NCBI GenBank assembly: GCA_964538895.1
Contig: CAZIGL010000002.1
Location: 141,931-205,930 of the forward strand
Source of the DNA: an uncultured Rhodoferax sp.
GTDB taxonomy: Bacteria; Pseudomonadota; Gammaproteobacteria; Burkholderiales; Burkholderiaceae_C
Length of the DNA stretch: 64,000 nucleotides
Direction: 5' to 3'
Position 1 is the stretch's first letter, and the number at the start of each line of letters is the position of its first letter. The translations under genes were made by a program, and so were the position numbers. Below the pieces are notes generated by a model. The model was not told the DNA's origin. It searched no databases and saw nothing but the letters and a program-made list of their open reading frames with translations. Of this stretch, positions 36,011-45,143 are shown piece after piece.

Positions 36011-37689
36011 GCCAGGAGCCTTTGACCACCGAGCAGCTGATGCACGACCTGCAGGTGCATCAGGTGGAGCTGCAACTGCAAAACGAGGAGTTGCGACGCG
36101 CGCAGTTGGCACTCGAGGTGTCGCACGCGCGCTATTTTGACCTCTATGACCTGGCGCCCGTGGGTTACCTCACGGTGGCGCCCAGTGGCCTGATTGTGGA
36201 AGCCAACCTGAGTGCCGCCACGCTGCTGGGTATTGCCCGCAGTGCCTTGGTCAAGCGGACCCTGAGCCGTTTCATTGTCAAGGACCATCAGGATACCTAC
36301 TACCAATGCCGTCGGCTATTGCTGGAAACCGGGCAATCGCAAAATTGCGAGCTGCAGGTCTTGCAAGGCGATGGTCTCATGCGGTGGGTCAGGGTGATTG
36401 TGAGTGCGGTTCAGGGGGATTCTGAGAAGCCCGCGCTGCGCGTCATCCTGACCGATATCTCCGAGCGCAAGCACCTGGATGAGGCTTTGCGGGAGACCAA
36501 TAAAAACCTGGAACTGGCCCGTACGCAGGCTGACCGTGCCAACCTGGCCAAATCCGAGTTTTTGTCGAGCATGAGTCACGAACTGCGCTCGCCCTTGAAT
36601 GCCGTTCTGGGTTTTGCGCAACTCATGGAGTCGGGCGCGCCGCCGCCCACCCCGAGCCAGCAGGCCAGCCTGGATCAGATTCTGAAAGGTGGCTGGTATT
36701 TGCTGACCCTGATCAATGACATTCTGGACCTGGCCTCGATTGAGTCCGGCCATGCGACCCTGACCATGGAAGCCGTGACGTTGAGCACCGTGCTGCAAGA
36801 TTGCCAGACCCTGATCGAGCCCTTGACGATAAGCCGCTCAGTGCAGGTCAGTTTTCCGGAATTGCCTGCCACCTGCCGTGTGCAGGCTGACCCGACCCGG
36901 CTCAAGCAGGTGCTCATCAACCTGTTGTCCAACGCCATCAAGTACAACCGGCCGCAGGGGACGGTAGAGGTGAGTTGTGAGAGCCCGGCAGCGGGTCGTT
37001 TGCGCATCTGCGTGCGCGACACTGGCCTGGGTTTGTCCGCGCAAAAACTCGCCAAACTGTTTCAGCCATTCAACCGGCTGGGTCAGGAAATGGGGGGTAC
37101 CAAAGGCACTGGCATCGGCCTGGTGGTGAGTCAGCGGCTGGTGCAGTCCATGGGCGGTGAGATGGGGGTGGACAGCAGGGAAGGCGAGGGCAGCCTGTTC
37201 TGGTTCGAGTTGGCGCTTGCTGACGCTGAATCGGTTTGCGCGAGTTGCGTCCTTGCGACCACGCAGCCTGTGCCCGTGCCGACGCTTGCGCCGCTCGATC
37301 CGGTGCGGCGCACGGTGCTTTACGTGGAAGACAATCCGGACAACATCGCGCTGGTGGCACAGTTGCTGGCCGAGCGCCCGGGCCTGCGCCTGGTGGGCGC
37401 ACCAGACGCCATGCGTGGCATGGCCATGGCGCGCGACCTGGCGCCAGACGTCATGGTGCTGGACATCAACCTGCCCGACATCAACGGCTATGAGGTGCTC
37501 CAGCTTTTGCAGTCCGACCCGGTCACCCGGCACATCCCGGTGCTGGCGCTGAGCGCCAATGCCATGCCGCGCGACGTTGACAAGGGTCTGGCCGCCGGCT
37601 TTTACCGCTACGTTACCAAGCCGATCAAGGTCGACGAATTTTTACAGGCGCTCGACGAGGGCCTGGCCCTGGCTGGAAAACGGGTCTGA
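36007..37689 (+). CDS. hybrid sensor histidine kinase: coiled coil, PAS, HisKA, HATPase_c, receiver
   Basis: The ATG overlaps the cheBR-fusion stop (ATGA). The kinase core and REC are about two-thirds identical by eye to those of the 29746..32889 kinase. Confidence 0.9.
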   Translation: MSQEPLTTEQLMHDLQVHQVELQLQNEELRRAQLALEVSHARYFDLYDLAPVGYLTVAPSGLIVEANLSAATLLGIARSALVKRTLSRFIVKDHQDTYYQCRRLLLETGQSQNCELQVLQGDGLMRWVRVIVSAVQGDSEKPALRVILTDISERKHLDEALRETNKNLELARTQADRANLAKSEFLSSMSHELRSPLNAVLGFAQLMESGAPPPTPSQQASLDQILKGGWYLLTLINDILDLASIESGHATLTMEAVTLSTVLQDCQTLIEPLTISRSVQVSFPELPATCRVQADPTRLKQVLINLLSNAIKYNRPQGTVEVSCESPAAGRLRICVRDTGLGLSAQKLAKLFQPFNRLGQEMGGTKGTGIGLVVSQRLVQSMGGEMGVDSREGEGSLFWFELALADAESVCASCVLATTQPVPVPTLAPLDPVRRTVLYVEDNPDNIALVAQLLAERPGLRLVGAPDAMRGMAMARDLAPDVMVLDINLPDINGYEVLQLLQSDPVTRHIPVLALSANAMPRDVDKGLAAGFYRYVTKPIKVDEFLQALDEGLALAGKRV

Positions 37690-37690
37690 G

Positions 37691-38050
37691 TTATTTCGTC
37701 TCGTCAATCATCTGCGACATCTTTTCTTCGACCTCTTGCGCCACTGACGCCAACGAGGTGTCTTGAGACAAAGCGGACAGCATCGGCACCGGCCTGATCA
37801 TGCCGATCCGGGTAACACCTTTTTCGGTGAACACCGAAATGCGACACGGCAAGGCCATGTTCAGCAGCATGTCGAGGGACAAAACCTTCGCCGCCTGTGC
37901 CGGATTGCAGACCTCGAACACCTTGCACTCCTCCTCGAACGCAATGTCCTTGCTGACGTCCAGGGTAAAGCGGTTGTTCGCGGTGTCGAGCGTCAGTGCT
38001 GTCCATGGCACCGCAAAAAGCTTTCGCAAGGTGAATCTGGCAAGCGGCAA
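37691..38050 (-). CDS. DUF302-domain protein, N-terminus uncertain or truncated
   Basis: The C-terminal 90 aa (FEEECKVFEVCNPAQAAKVLSLDMLLNMALPCRISVFTEKGVTRIGMIRP...) look like DUF302. There is no ATG; a TTG at 38050 is possible. Upstream the frame is antisense to the EAL fragment. Confidence 0.5.
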   Translation of the reverse strand: MPLARFTLRKLFAVPWTALTLDTANNRFTLDVSKDIAFEEECKVFEVCNPAQAAKVLSLDMLLNMALPCRISVFTEKGVTRIGMIRPVPMLSALSQDTSLASVAQEVEEKMSQMIDETK

Positions 38051-38051
38051 A

Positions 38052-38324
38052 ATGACCAGCGCCGAGGCGCTGCTTCGATGGAACGATCCGCGCACCGGGC
38101 TGGTGCCGCCGGGCCGCTTCATCCCGATCCTGGAACAAACCGGCCTGATCCACGAGGTGGGCCGTTGGGCGCTGCGCCAGGCCGTCATGGACTACCTGGG
38201 CTGGCGTGCGGCGGGCCTGCCGGTGGTGCGCATTGCCGTCAATGTGTCGCCACTGCAATTGCGCGACCGTGGATTTATTGAGGAGGTGAGAAACGCCATC
38301 AGCCTGGACGCGCCGGTTTCTTAA
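38052..38324 (+). pseudogene. EAL-domain (c-di-GMP phosphodiesterase) fragment, about 90 aa of roughly 250
   Basis: MTSAEALLRWNDPRTGLVPPGRFIPILEQTGLIHEVGRWALRQA...RIAVNVSPLQL carries the EAL motif and the conserved N. It stops before the ExxE, DDFGTG and EGVE motifs, and there is no upstream sensor or GGDEF part. Confidence 0.75.
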
Positions 38325-38501
38325 TTCGTCCGTGCCTGGTTCTGCTTGAACTGAGCCTTGGCGGCTGCCTCGCAGGCATCTTCTGCGGCATCGGGCAGGT
38401 CGTCACATTTTTCCTTGGCAACCTCGTAGGCAGATTCAGCCCTGGTTTCCTGCAGCTTGGTCAGGTCAGAGGCTTTGCCGGTAAAGCTGACCTTAGGCAA
38501 G
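38321..38501 (-). pseudogene. possible C-terminal stub of a small periplasmic Cys-pair protein
   Basis: Own translation gives ...KASDLTKLQETRAESAYEVAKEKCDDLPDAAEDACEAAAKAQFKQNQARTN*. There is no ATG and no signal peptide. The upstream frame closes at a TAG near 38553. Confidence 0.3.
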
Positions 38502-38580
38502 CTCCGCCGGGAGGTCTGTGCGCCAACGAACCCAAGCCCTTCGGCACTCGCCCTACACTGGTTTCTACCGAGGTTTACCC

Positions 38581-39219
38581 ATGAAACACAAAGATGGCAC
38601 TGGAAATTTCCCGATCGTTTGCGTCGGTGGTTCGGCAGGCGGGCTTGACGCCTACATCCGCTTGCTGAAATGCCTGCCCGCCGACATGGGGGTGGCGATT
38701 GTGATCGTCAACCACATCACGCTCTTTCCCACGCAGCTGCACGAGGTGCTGCCACCCTTTACCCCCATGCCGGTCGAACTGATTACTGAAAACCTGGTGA
38801 TCGAGCCCAACCACGTGTTCATCATCCCAGCCAACCGGGATTTGCATGTGGAGGACGGCGTGTTTCATCTGAAGCCGATCTCCAAACCGCGCGGTTGGCC
38901 CGATGTGATCACGGTCTTTTTGAAGTCGCTCACCATGTACTGGGACGGCAAGCTGATTGCCGTGATTGTGTCGGGGTATGACGGCGACGGCGCGGCTGCG
39001 CTGTGCGGCATCAAGGAGGCGGGAGGCATCACGCTGGCGCAAAAGCTCAGCACCGCCATCCAGCCCGACATGCCCGAGAGTGCCATTGACACCGGTTGCA
39101 TCGACTTTGTGCTGTCACCCGAAGACATTGCCCAGGAAATTGTGCGCATTGCACAGCGCGAAGACATGGCGGTGACCCATGCCAGCATGGTCCAGCGACC
39201 CCATCCCCAAAGAAAGTAA
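38581..39219 (+). CDS. stand-alone CheB-type methylesterase/deamidase catalytic domain (no receiver)
   Basis: ORF 38518..39219, ATG 38581. Triad contexts are VGGSAGG (Ser), IVNHITLF (His) and SGYDGDGAAAL (Asp). It resembles the N-terminal domain of the 32963 fusion protein. Confidence 0.85.
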   Translation: MKHKDGTGNFPIVCVGGSAGGLDAYIRLLKCLPADMGVAIVIVNHITLFPTQLHEVLPPFTPMPVELITENLVIEPNHVFIIPANRDLHVEDGVFHLKPISKPRGWPDVITVFLKSLTMYWDGKLIAVIVSGYDGDGAAALCGIKEAGGITLAQKLSTAIQPDMPESAIDTGCIDFVLSPEDIAQEIVRIAQREDMAVTHASMVQRPHPQRK

Positions 39220-39225
39220 AACCTG

Positions 39226-39351
39226 ATGAACCCAACCATCGACCCTGCGCAATTGCCGCCCCCGCCGCCAGCACCCTTGCCACCTTTGCCCGTGCCACCG
39301 TCACCCGCGCCGGGTCCCATGCCGATCCCGGTGCCGGTGAGCAGGCTTTGA
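39226..39351 (+). CDS. 41-aa proline-rich small ORF (speculative)
   Basis: The ATG is 4 nt after the CheB-like stop. MNPTIDPAQLPPPPPAPLPPLPVPPSPAPGPMPIPVPVSRL. No clear RBS. Confidence 0.2.
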   Translation: MNPTIDPAQLPPPPPAPLPPLPVPPSPAPGPMPIPVPVSRL

Positions 39352-39381
39352 CGCGCGCCGCCCGGGCTGTTTCGGTGTGAC

Positions 39382-41814
39382 TCAACGCCCGCGCTTGCGC
39401 CTTGGCTTGGGGTGGTCCGCCAGATGGCAGGCGCGGCGGTAGGTTTGCAGGGTTTTCTGGGCGCGACCCAGCACCGTATCTGGCGCGTAGCCGCTGGCGG
39501 TGCCAGGCAAGCCGCTGGCAATGCCGGTCAGCAATTCAATGCCTTCGCTCACATGCTCGGCCGTGTACACGTGAAACCGGCCTTGTGCCACGGCTTGCGT
39601 CACCTGCTGGCTCAGCATCAGGTGGCGCCGGTTGCGCTGCGGGATCAACACACCTTGCTCACCATTGAGCCCGGCCTGTTCGCAGATGCGGTAAAAACCC
39701 TCTATTTTTTCGTTGAGGCCGCCCACCGGCAGCACCTCGCCGTGCTGGTTCACCGCGCCGGTCACCGCAATGCCCTGCTTGAGCGGCAGCCCCGACAGGC
39801 ACGACAGCAGCGCATACAACTCGGCACACGAGGCCGAGTCGCCCTCGATGCCGTGGTATTCCTGCTCAAACACCAGTGTGGCGTCCAGCGCCAGGGGTGC
39901 CTGGGCGGCAAAGAGCGTGGACAAATAGCTGTGCAAAATGAGCACGCCCTTGTCGTGGATCGGGCCTGACAGCGCCACTTCGCGCTCCACGTTCACCAGG
40001 CCGTCTTCGCCAGCCGAGGTGCGCGCCGTGACCCGCACCGGGAACCCAAAACGGTAGTCGCCCAGGTCGATCTGGGTCAGGCCGTTGATCTGGCCGGCTT
40101 TCTCGCCTTGCAGGCTGATCAGGCGCTCACCGTCGGTAATGGTTTCCTGCAGCCGCTGGTCGGGGTAGTTGTGGCGCAGCCGGCGCGCCTCCAGCGCGTT
40201 GCCCACATCATCGGCGTCCACTTTTGCGCCGCTGCGGGCATGGCACACCGCTGCTGCTTCCATCACCAGCGCCTCCATGCGGGCAAAGGCGGCGCTTTGG
40301 CGCGTCTGGTCGTCGACCTCGCGGTGCGCGTCTTCCAGCAAGCGCGCCACCGCTGCGGCCGTGAAATGCGGCAGGCCCAGGCGCTGGCAGGCGTGCGCCA
40401 CAAACACGGCGGACGCCGCATAGGTCTGCGCACTGGCGGCAAAGCTTTCGGCAAAGTCCACCTTGACGCGAAAGCGCCGGGCAAACTCGGGGTCGGCGTC
40501 TTGCAGCAGGTAATACTCTTCGGTGGCGCCAATCAGCACGATCTTGACGCTGATGTCAAGCGCCTCGGGGGTCAGCGACACCGTGGCCATGGGGGCAAAC
40601 ATCTGCATCGGCTCTTCAATTTGCAGGCGCCCGGTGCGCGAAAAGCGGCGCAACTTTTCCCACACCAGCTCGTCGGTCAGCAGCTCGCGCACGTGCAGCA
40701 TCAAATAACCGCCATGCGCCTTGAGCAGGCTGCCCGCCCGGATGCGCGAGAAATCGGTGAGCAGCACGTCTTCTTCGGCCTGGTACTCGACGCTGCCAAA
40801 CAGGCTGTGGTACGAGGGGTTGTCTTCAATCACCACGGGCGCGCCGTTCAAGGCCTCGTTGTCCACCACCAGGTTCACCCGGTAGCGCGCCAGCATGGTG
40901 GCCAGTTCCTCCTGGCGCAACTCTTCGTCCAGCCCGGCGCTGGCATCGGCTGTGCGGAAGGCCTCCAGGTTGTCCAGCACGTCTGTGGTCACCTGGTCAA
41001 AGTACTTGCCCAGCTTGACCGAGTCCTTGATTTGTTTCTTCAGGTCCATCCGGATTTCCTGCAATTCGTGTTCCAGCAGCGGCTTGATGGTCTGGCGCCG
41101 CAGCGCGGCCAGCCCCTCGTTTTTGAGGCGCTCGATGGGCCGCACCTTGTCCAGGTAGCGCGCAATCTCAGAACGCAGCTCCTGCTCGGCCACCTCCACC
41201 TGGGCGCGTTGCTCCTTGGGCAGCGAGCGCGCTTCGGTTTCGGTCAGGGCGTTGCCCGTGGCGCCCAGCAGGGTAAAGATCAGGTGGCCGTCTTCGCGGT
41301 ACAGGGCAAAGTTGCGCGCCTCGGCAAACGCGTCAAGCTCGGCATAGGCGCCAGCTTCTTCCAGCTTGCAGGTTTTTTCCAGGTGGGCGCATTCGGCCTT
41401 GAAGTCGGGCCCGTCAAGGCGTTGCGGAATCTCTTTTTGCAGCGTTTTGCACAGCTGTGCCATGTGCTGGCGCAGCTGCCGACCCTGCCCAGGCGGCATG
41501 CGCAGCGCGCGTGGCCGCTCTGGTGTGTCAAAGTTGTGCAGGTAGCACAGGTCGGGCGGTACCGCCCTGGTGGCAGCCACTTCGCGCATCAGCTGCGCCA
41601 GCAGCGACGAGCGGCCACTGCCGACCTCGCCCAGCACAAACAGGTTGTAGTCGGGCTGCGCCATGGCCAGCCCAAAACGTGCCGCCGTCTCGGCCCGCGC
41701 CTGGCCGATCCAGGGCAGCGGCTGCTGCAGCAGTTCGGAAGTGTCGCCAAAGTCCAGCGTGTCTGGGGCAATGCGCAGGGCAAGCGCGCCGGGGTCCAGG
41801 TGGCAAAGGGTCAT
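39382..41814 (-). CDS. Lon-like ATP-dependent protease (COG1067 type: AAA+ with insertion domain plus Lon S16 C-terminal domain)
   Basis: ORF 39382..42018. ATG 41814 gives MTLCHLDPGAL... Walker A GEVGSGRSS and protease motif IEGDSASCAELYALLS. Confidence 0.85.
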   Translation of the reverse strand: MTLCHLDPGALALRIAPDTLDFGDTSELLQQPLPWIGQARAETAARFGLAMAQPDYNLFVLGEVGSGRSSLLAQLMREVAATRAVPPDLCYLHNFDTPERPRALRMPPGQGRQLRQHMAQLCKTLQKEIPQRLDGPDFKAECAHLEKTCKLEEAGAYAELDAFAEARNFALYREDGHLIFTLLGATGNALTETEARSLPKEQRAQVEVAEQELRSEIARYLDKVRPIERLKNEGLAALRRQTIKPLLEHELQEIRMDLKKQIKDSVKLGKYFDQVTTDVLDNLEAFRTADASAGLDEELRQEELATMLARYRVNLVVDNEALNGAPVVIEDNPSYHSLFGSVEYQAEEDVLLTDFSRIRAGSLLKAHGGYLMLHVRELLTDELVWEKLRRFSRTGRLQIEEPMQMFAPMATVSLTPEALDISVKIVLIGATEEYYLLQDADPEFARRFRVKVDFAESFAASAQTYAASAVFVAHACQRLGLPHFTAAAVARLLEDAHREVDDQTRQSAAFARMEALVMEAAAVCHARSGAKVDADDVGNALEARRLRHNYPDQRLQETITDGERLISLQGEKAGQINGLTQIDLGDYRFGFPVRVTARTSAGEDGLVNVEREVALSGPIHDKGVLILHSYLSTLFAAQAPLALDATLVFEQEYHGIEGDSASCAELYALLSCLSGLPLKQGIAVTGAVNQHGEVLPVGGLNEKIEGFYRICEQAGLNGEQGVLIPQRNRRHLMLSQQVTQAVAQGRFHVYTAEHVSEGIELLTGIASGLPGTASGYAPDTVLGRAQKTLQTYRRACHLADHPKPRRKRGR

Positions 41815-42010
41815 GGTCTTGCTCCGGGTGGTGTGACGGCCAGTTTTTACTTGATTTACAAACCATGCCTTGACATCGCGCATGCTTGTATCAAGTTGTT
41901 GATCGCGTTGCTTATGTGTGGTGGCGCACTGACCAGCGCGGGCCGCTTGGCGCACCATGGCCACTTCGAAAATACTGTTCCAATCGCAGTCAGACAACCA
42001 GGAATAGACC

Positions 42011-42835
42011 ATGCCCATGACGCTCGAAATTCATCAGGCCAGCATTCTGATCGTTGACGATCAGCCGGCCAACGTGCAGTTGCTGGAGCAGTTGCTGGCC
42101 GATGCCGGTTACACGCAGGTGACATCCACCATGAAACCCGAAGAGGTGTGCGCGCTGCACCGCAAAAACAGTTACGACCTGATCCTGCTCGACCTGCAAA
42201 TGCCGGTCATGGACGGGTTTCAGGTGATGGAAGGGCTCAAGACCAACGTTGCCGACGATTACCTGCCGGTGATCGTGCTGACGGCCCAACCGGGCCACAA
42301 GCTGCGCGCGTTGGCGGTCGGGGCCAAAGACTTCATCAGCAAGCCGTTTGACCTGGTCGAGGTCAAGACACGCATCCACAACATGCTCGAAGTGCGCTTG
42401 CTGTACCGCAAGCTGGCCGACTACAACAAAGAGCTGGAAGCCGCAGTGGCCGAGCGCACGGCCGAACTGCGCGAAAGCGAGGCGCGCTACCGCAGCCTGA
42501 CCGAATTGGCCTCGGACTGGTACTGGGAGCAGGATGAAAGCGGCCAGTTCAGCAAGGTGTCCGGGCCGGTGCTGGAAATGCTGGGCATTCAGGTGGCGCC
42601 GCTCAGTGGCGAACCAGGCAAGGCCCAGGTCAGCGGCTGGAACGAGGATGAGCGCACCAAGCTGCGCGGCATCATTGCCAACCGCCAGCCCTTTCTTGAC
42701 TTTGTGTTTCATCGTGCCAATGCCGATGGCAGCAAACAAAGCTTTCAGGTCAGCGGCGAGCCCATGTTCAACAGCAACAGCCGTTTCATCGGCTACCGAG
42801 GCATCGGGGTGGAGCTGACCTCGAAATTCAACTAA
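42011..42835 (+). CDS. response regulator: receiver plus coiled coil plus PAS, no recognisable output domain
   Basis: ILIVDDQPANVQLL...DLILLDLQMPVMDG...SKPF, then ERTAELRESEARYRSLTELASDWYWEQD. Confidence 0.88.
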   Translation: MPMTLEIHQASILIVDDQPANVQLLEQLLADAGYTQVTSTMKPEEVCALHRKNSYDLILLDLQMPVMDGFQVMEGLKTNVADDYLPVIVLTAQPGHKLRALAVGAKDFISKPFDLVEVKTRIHNMLEVRLLYRKLADYNKELEAAVAERTAELRESEARYRSLTELASDWYWEQDESGQFSKVSGPVLEMLGIQVAPLSGEPGKAQVSGWNEDERTKLRGIIANRQPFLDFVFHRANADGSKQSFQVSGEPMFNSNSRFIGYRGIGVELTSKFN

Positions 42836-42867
42836 AAAATAAAAAAATAAAACAGGCAGGGCTACTC

Positions 42868-43584
42868 ATGTCATTCCCTCAGAACCCCAATCAGAACCAT
42901 CTTCTGGCGGCTTTGCCGAGCAAAGATTTCGAAGCCCTGGCAGCGGACCTGGAACTGGTGCCGCTGGCACTGGGCCAGATGCTCTATGACCCCGGCACGC
43001 AAATGCGCCATGCCTACTTTCCCACCACCGCCATCGTGTCGCTGCACTATGTGACCGAATCCGGCGCGTCGGCCGAGACCGCCGGCGTGGGCAACGAGGG
43101 TGTGGTGGGTATTTCGTTGTTCATGGGCGGCGACACCACGTCAAGCTCGGCGGTGGTGCAAACCGCAGGCCAAGCCTACCGGCTCGAGCGTCACCTGTTG
43201 AAACAGGCGTTTGACGAGGCCGGGCCCCTGCAGCGCCTGCTGCTGCGCTACACCCAGGCTCTGATGACGCAAATGGCGCAAACCGCCGCCTGCAACCGCC
43301 ACCATGCGGTTGAGCAGCAATTGTGCCGCTGGCTGCTGCTGACGCTGGACCGCCTGCCCGACCGCGAGCTGGTGATGACCCAGGAGCTGGTGGCCAGCAT
43401 GTTGGGCGTGCGCCGTGAAAGCGTGACCGACGCGGCCGGCCACCTGCAAACCCTGGGCTACATCCGCTACCGGCGTGGCCACATTGGTGTGCTCGACCGC
43501 GCCGGGCTTGAATCAAAAGCCTGTGAGTGCTACGGCGTGGTCAAGAAAGAGCTCAACCGCTTGCTCAACGACGTACGCCTCTGA
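42868..43584 (+). CDS. Crp/Fnr-family transcriptional regulator
   Basis: A cNMP-binding beta-roll followed by a C-terminal HTH (TQELVASMLGVRRESVTDAAGHLQTLGYI). Confidence 0.85.
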   Translation: MSFPQNPNQNHLLAALPSKDFEALAADLELVPLALGQMLYDPGTQMRHAYFPTTAIVSLHYVTESGASAETAGVGNEGVVGISLFMGGDTTSSSAVVQTAGQAYRLERHLLKQAFDEAGPLQRLLLRYTQALMTQMAQTAACNRHHAVEQQLCRWLLLTLDRLPDRELVMTQELVASMLGVRRESVTDAAGHLQTLGYIRYRRGHIGVLDRAGLESKACECYGVVKKELNRLLNDVRL

Positions 43585-43595
43585 CATTCATCTGA

Positions 43596-44249
<654 letters not shown>

Positions 44250-44297
44250 AACATTAACGTTGACAGCTATCATGGCAGTTCCGATAAGGGAGATTGC

Positions 44298-45143
44298 ATG
44301 AAGAACCGCATCATCAACGTCAAAGGCGCCGCTGTCACTATCGCGACCCACCACGAGCAAGACTACATTTCTTTGACCGACATGGTGAAAAGTTTTGAGG
44401 GTGGCAGTGCGCTAATTGAACAATGGTTGAAAAACAAGGATACGGTTCTTTTTCTTGGGGTGTGGGAACAGCTTAACAATTTGGGTTTCAATTCCCCCGA
44501 ATTCGAGGGAATTAGAAATGAGGCTGGGCGCAACAGCTTCTTCCTTTCGGCGAAGAAGTGGATAAATGCAACCAACGCCATCGGCCTGCATGCCAAGGCT
44601 GGCCGCTACGGTGGCACCTTCGCGCACAAAGACATTGCCTTTGAATTCGGCTCTTGGCTGAGCCCGGAGTTCAAGCTGTATCTCATCAAGGAATTCCAGC
44701 GCCTCAAGGATGAAGAATCACGCACTACTGCTCTGGAATGGAACTTCCAGCGCACTTTGTCCAAGGTCAATTACAAAATCCATACCGATGCCATCAAAGA
44801 GCGACTTGTCCCGCCGCGCCTGACATCCGCACAAACAAGCATCATCTACGCCAGTGAAGCAGATTTGCTCAACGTTGCCCTGTTTGGCTTGACCGCCGCT
44901 CATTGGCGGCAAGACAATCCGGATCAGAGCGGCAACATGCGCGATGCAGCCACCCTCGAACAATTGGTGGTGCTGTCCAACCTGGAAAGCATTAACGCGG
45001 TATTCATCCACCAGGGGCTTGGTTCAAAAGACCGCCTCGCGCAACTCAACGCCGTTGCCATTACGCAGATGCGTTCGCTGATTGGCTTGAACGCAATGCA
45101 ACAACTTTCAAAAGCTGGCACCATGAAAAAGATCGCCAAGTGA
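44298..45143 (+). CDS. KilA-N domain-containing protein
   Basis: GGGAGA RBS. YISLTDMVK...GTFAHKDIAFEFGSWLSPEFKLYLIKEFQRL fits KilA-N. GC content and codon usage are visibly lower than in the flanks. Confidence 0.8.
   Translation: MKNRIINVKGAAVTIATHHEQDYISLTDMVKSFEGGSALIEQWLKNKDTVLFLGVWEQLNNLGFNSPEFEGIRNEAGRNSFFLSAKKWINATNAIGLHAKAGRYGGTFAHKDIAFEFGSWLSPEFKLYLIKEFQRLKDEESRTTALEWNFQRTLSKVNYKIHTDAIKERLVPPRLTSAQTSIIYASEADLLNVALFGLTAAHWRQDNPDQSGNMRDAATLEQLVVLSNLESINAVFIHQGLGSKDRLAQLNAVAITQMRSLIGLNAMQQLSKAGTMKKIAK

Noticed and set aside
41815-42018. N-terminal extension of the Lon-like ORF overlapping the REC-PAS gene start
   Set aside because: The extension sequence (MGMVYSWLSDCDWNS...) is not conserved-looking. 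The internal ATG at 41814 gives the expected N-terminus and a normal divergent spacer.
40108-42057. 649-aa ORF antisense to the Lon-like protease
   Set aside because: High-GC antisense artefact. The sense strand carries Walker A and Lon protease motifs.
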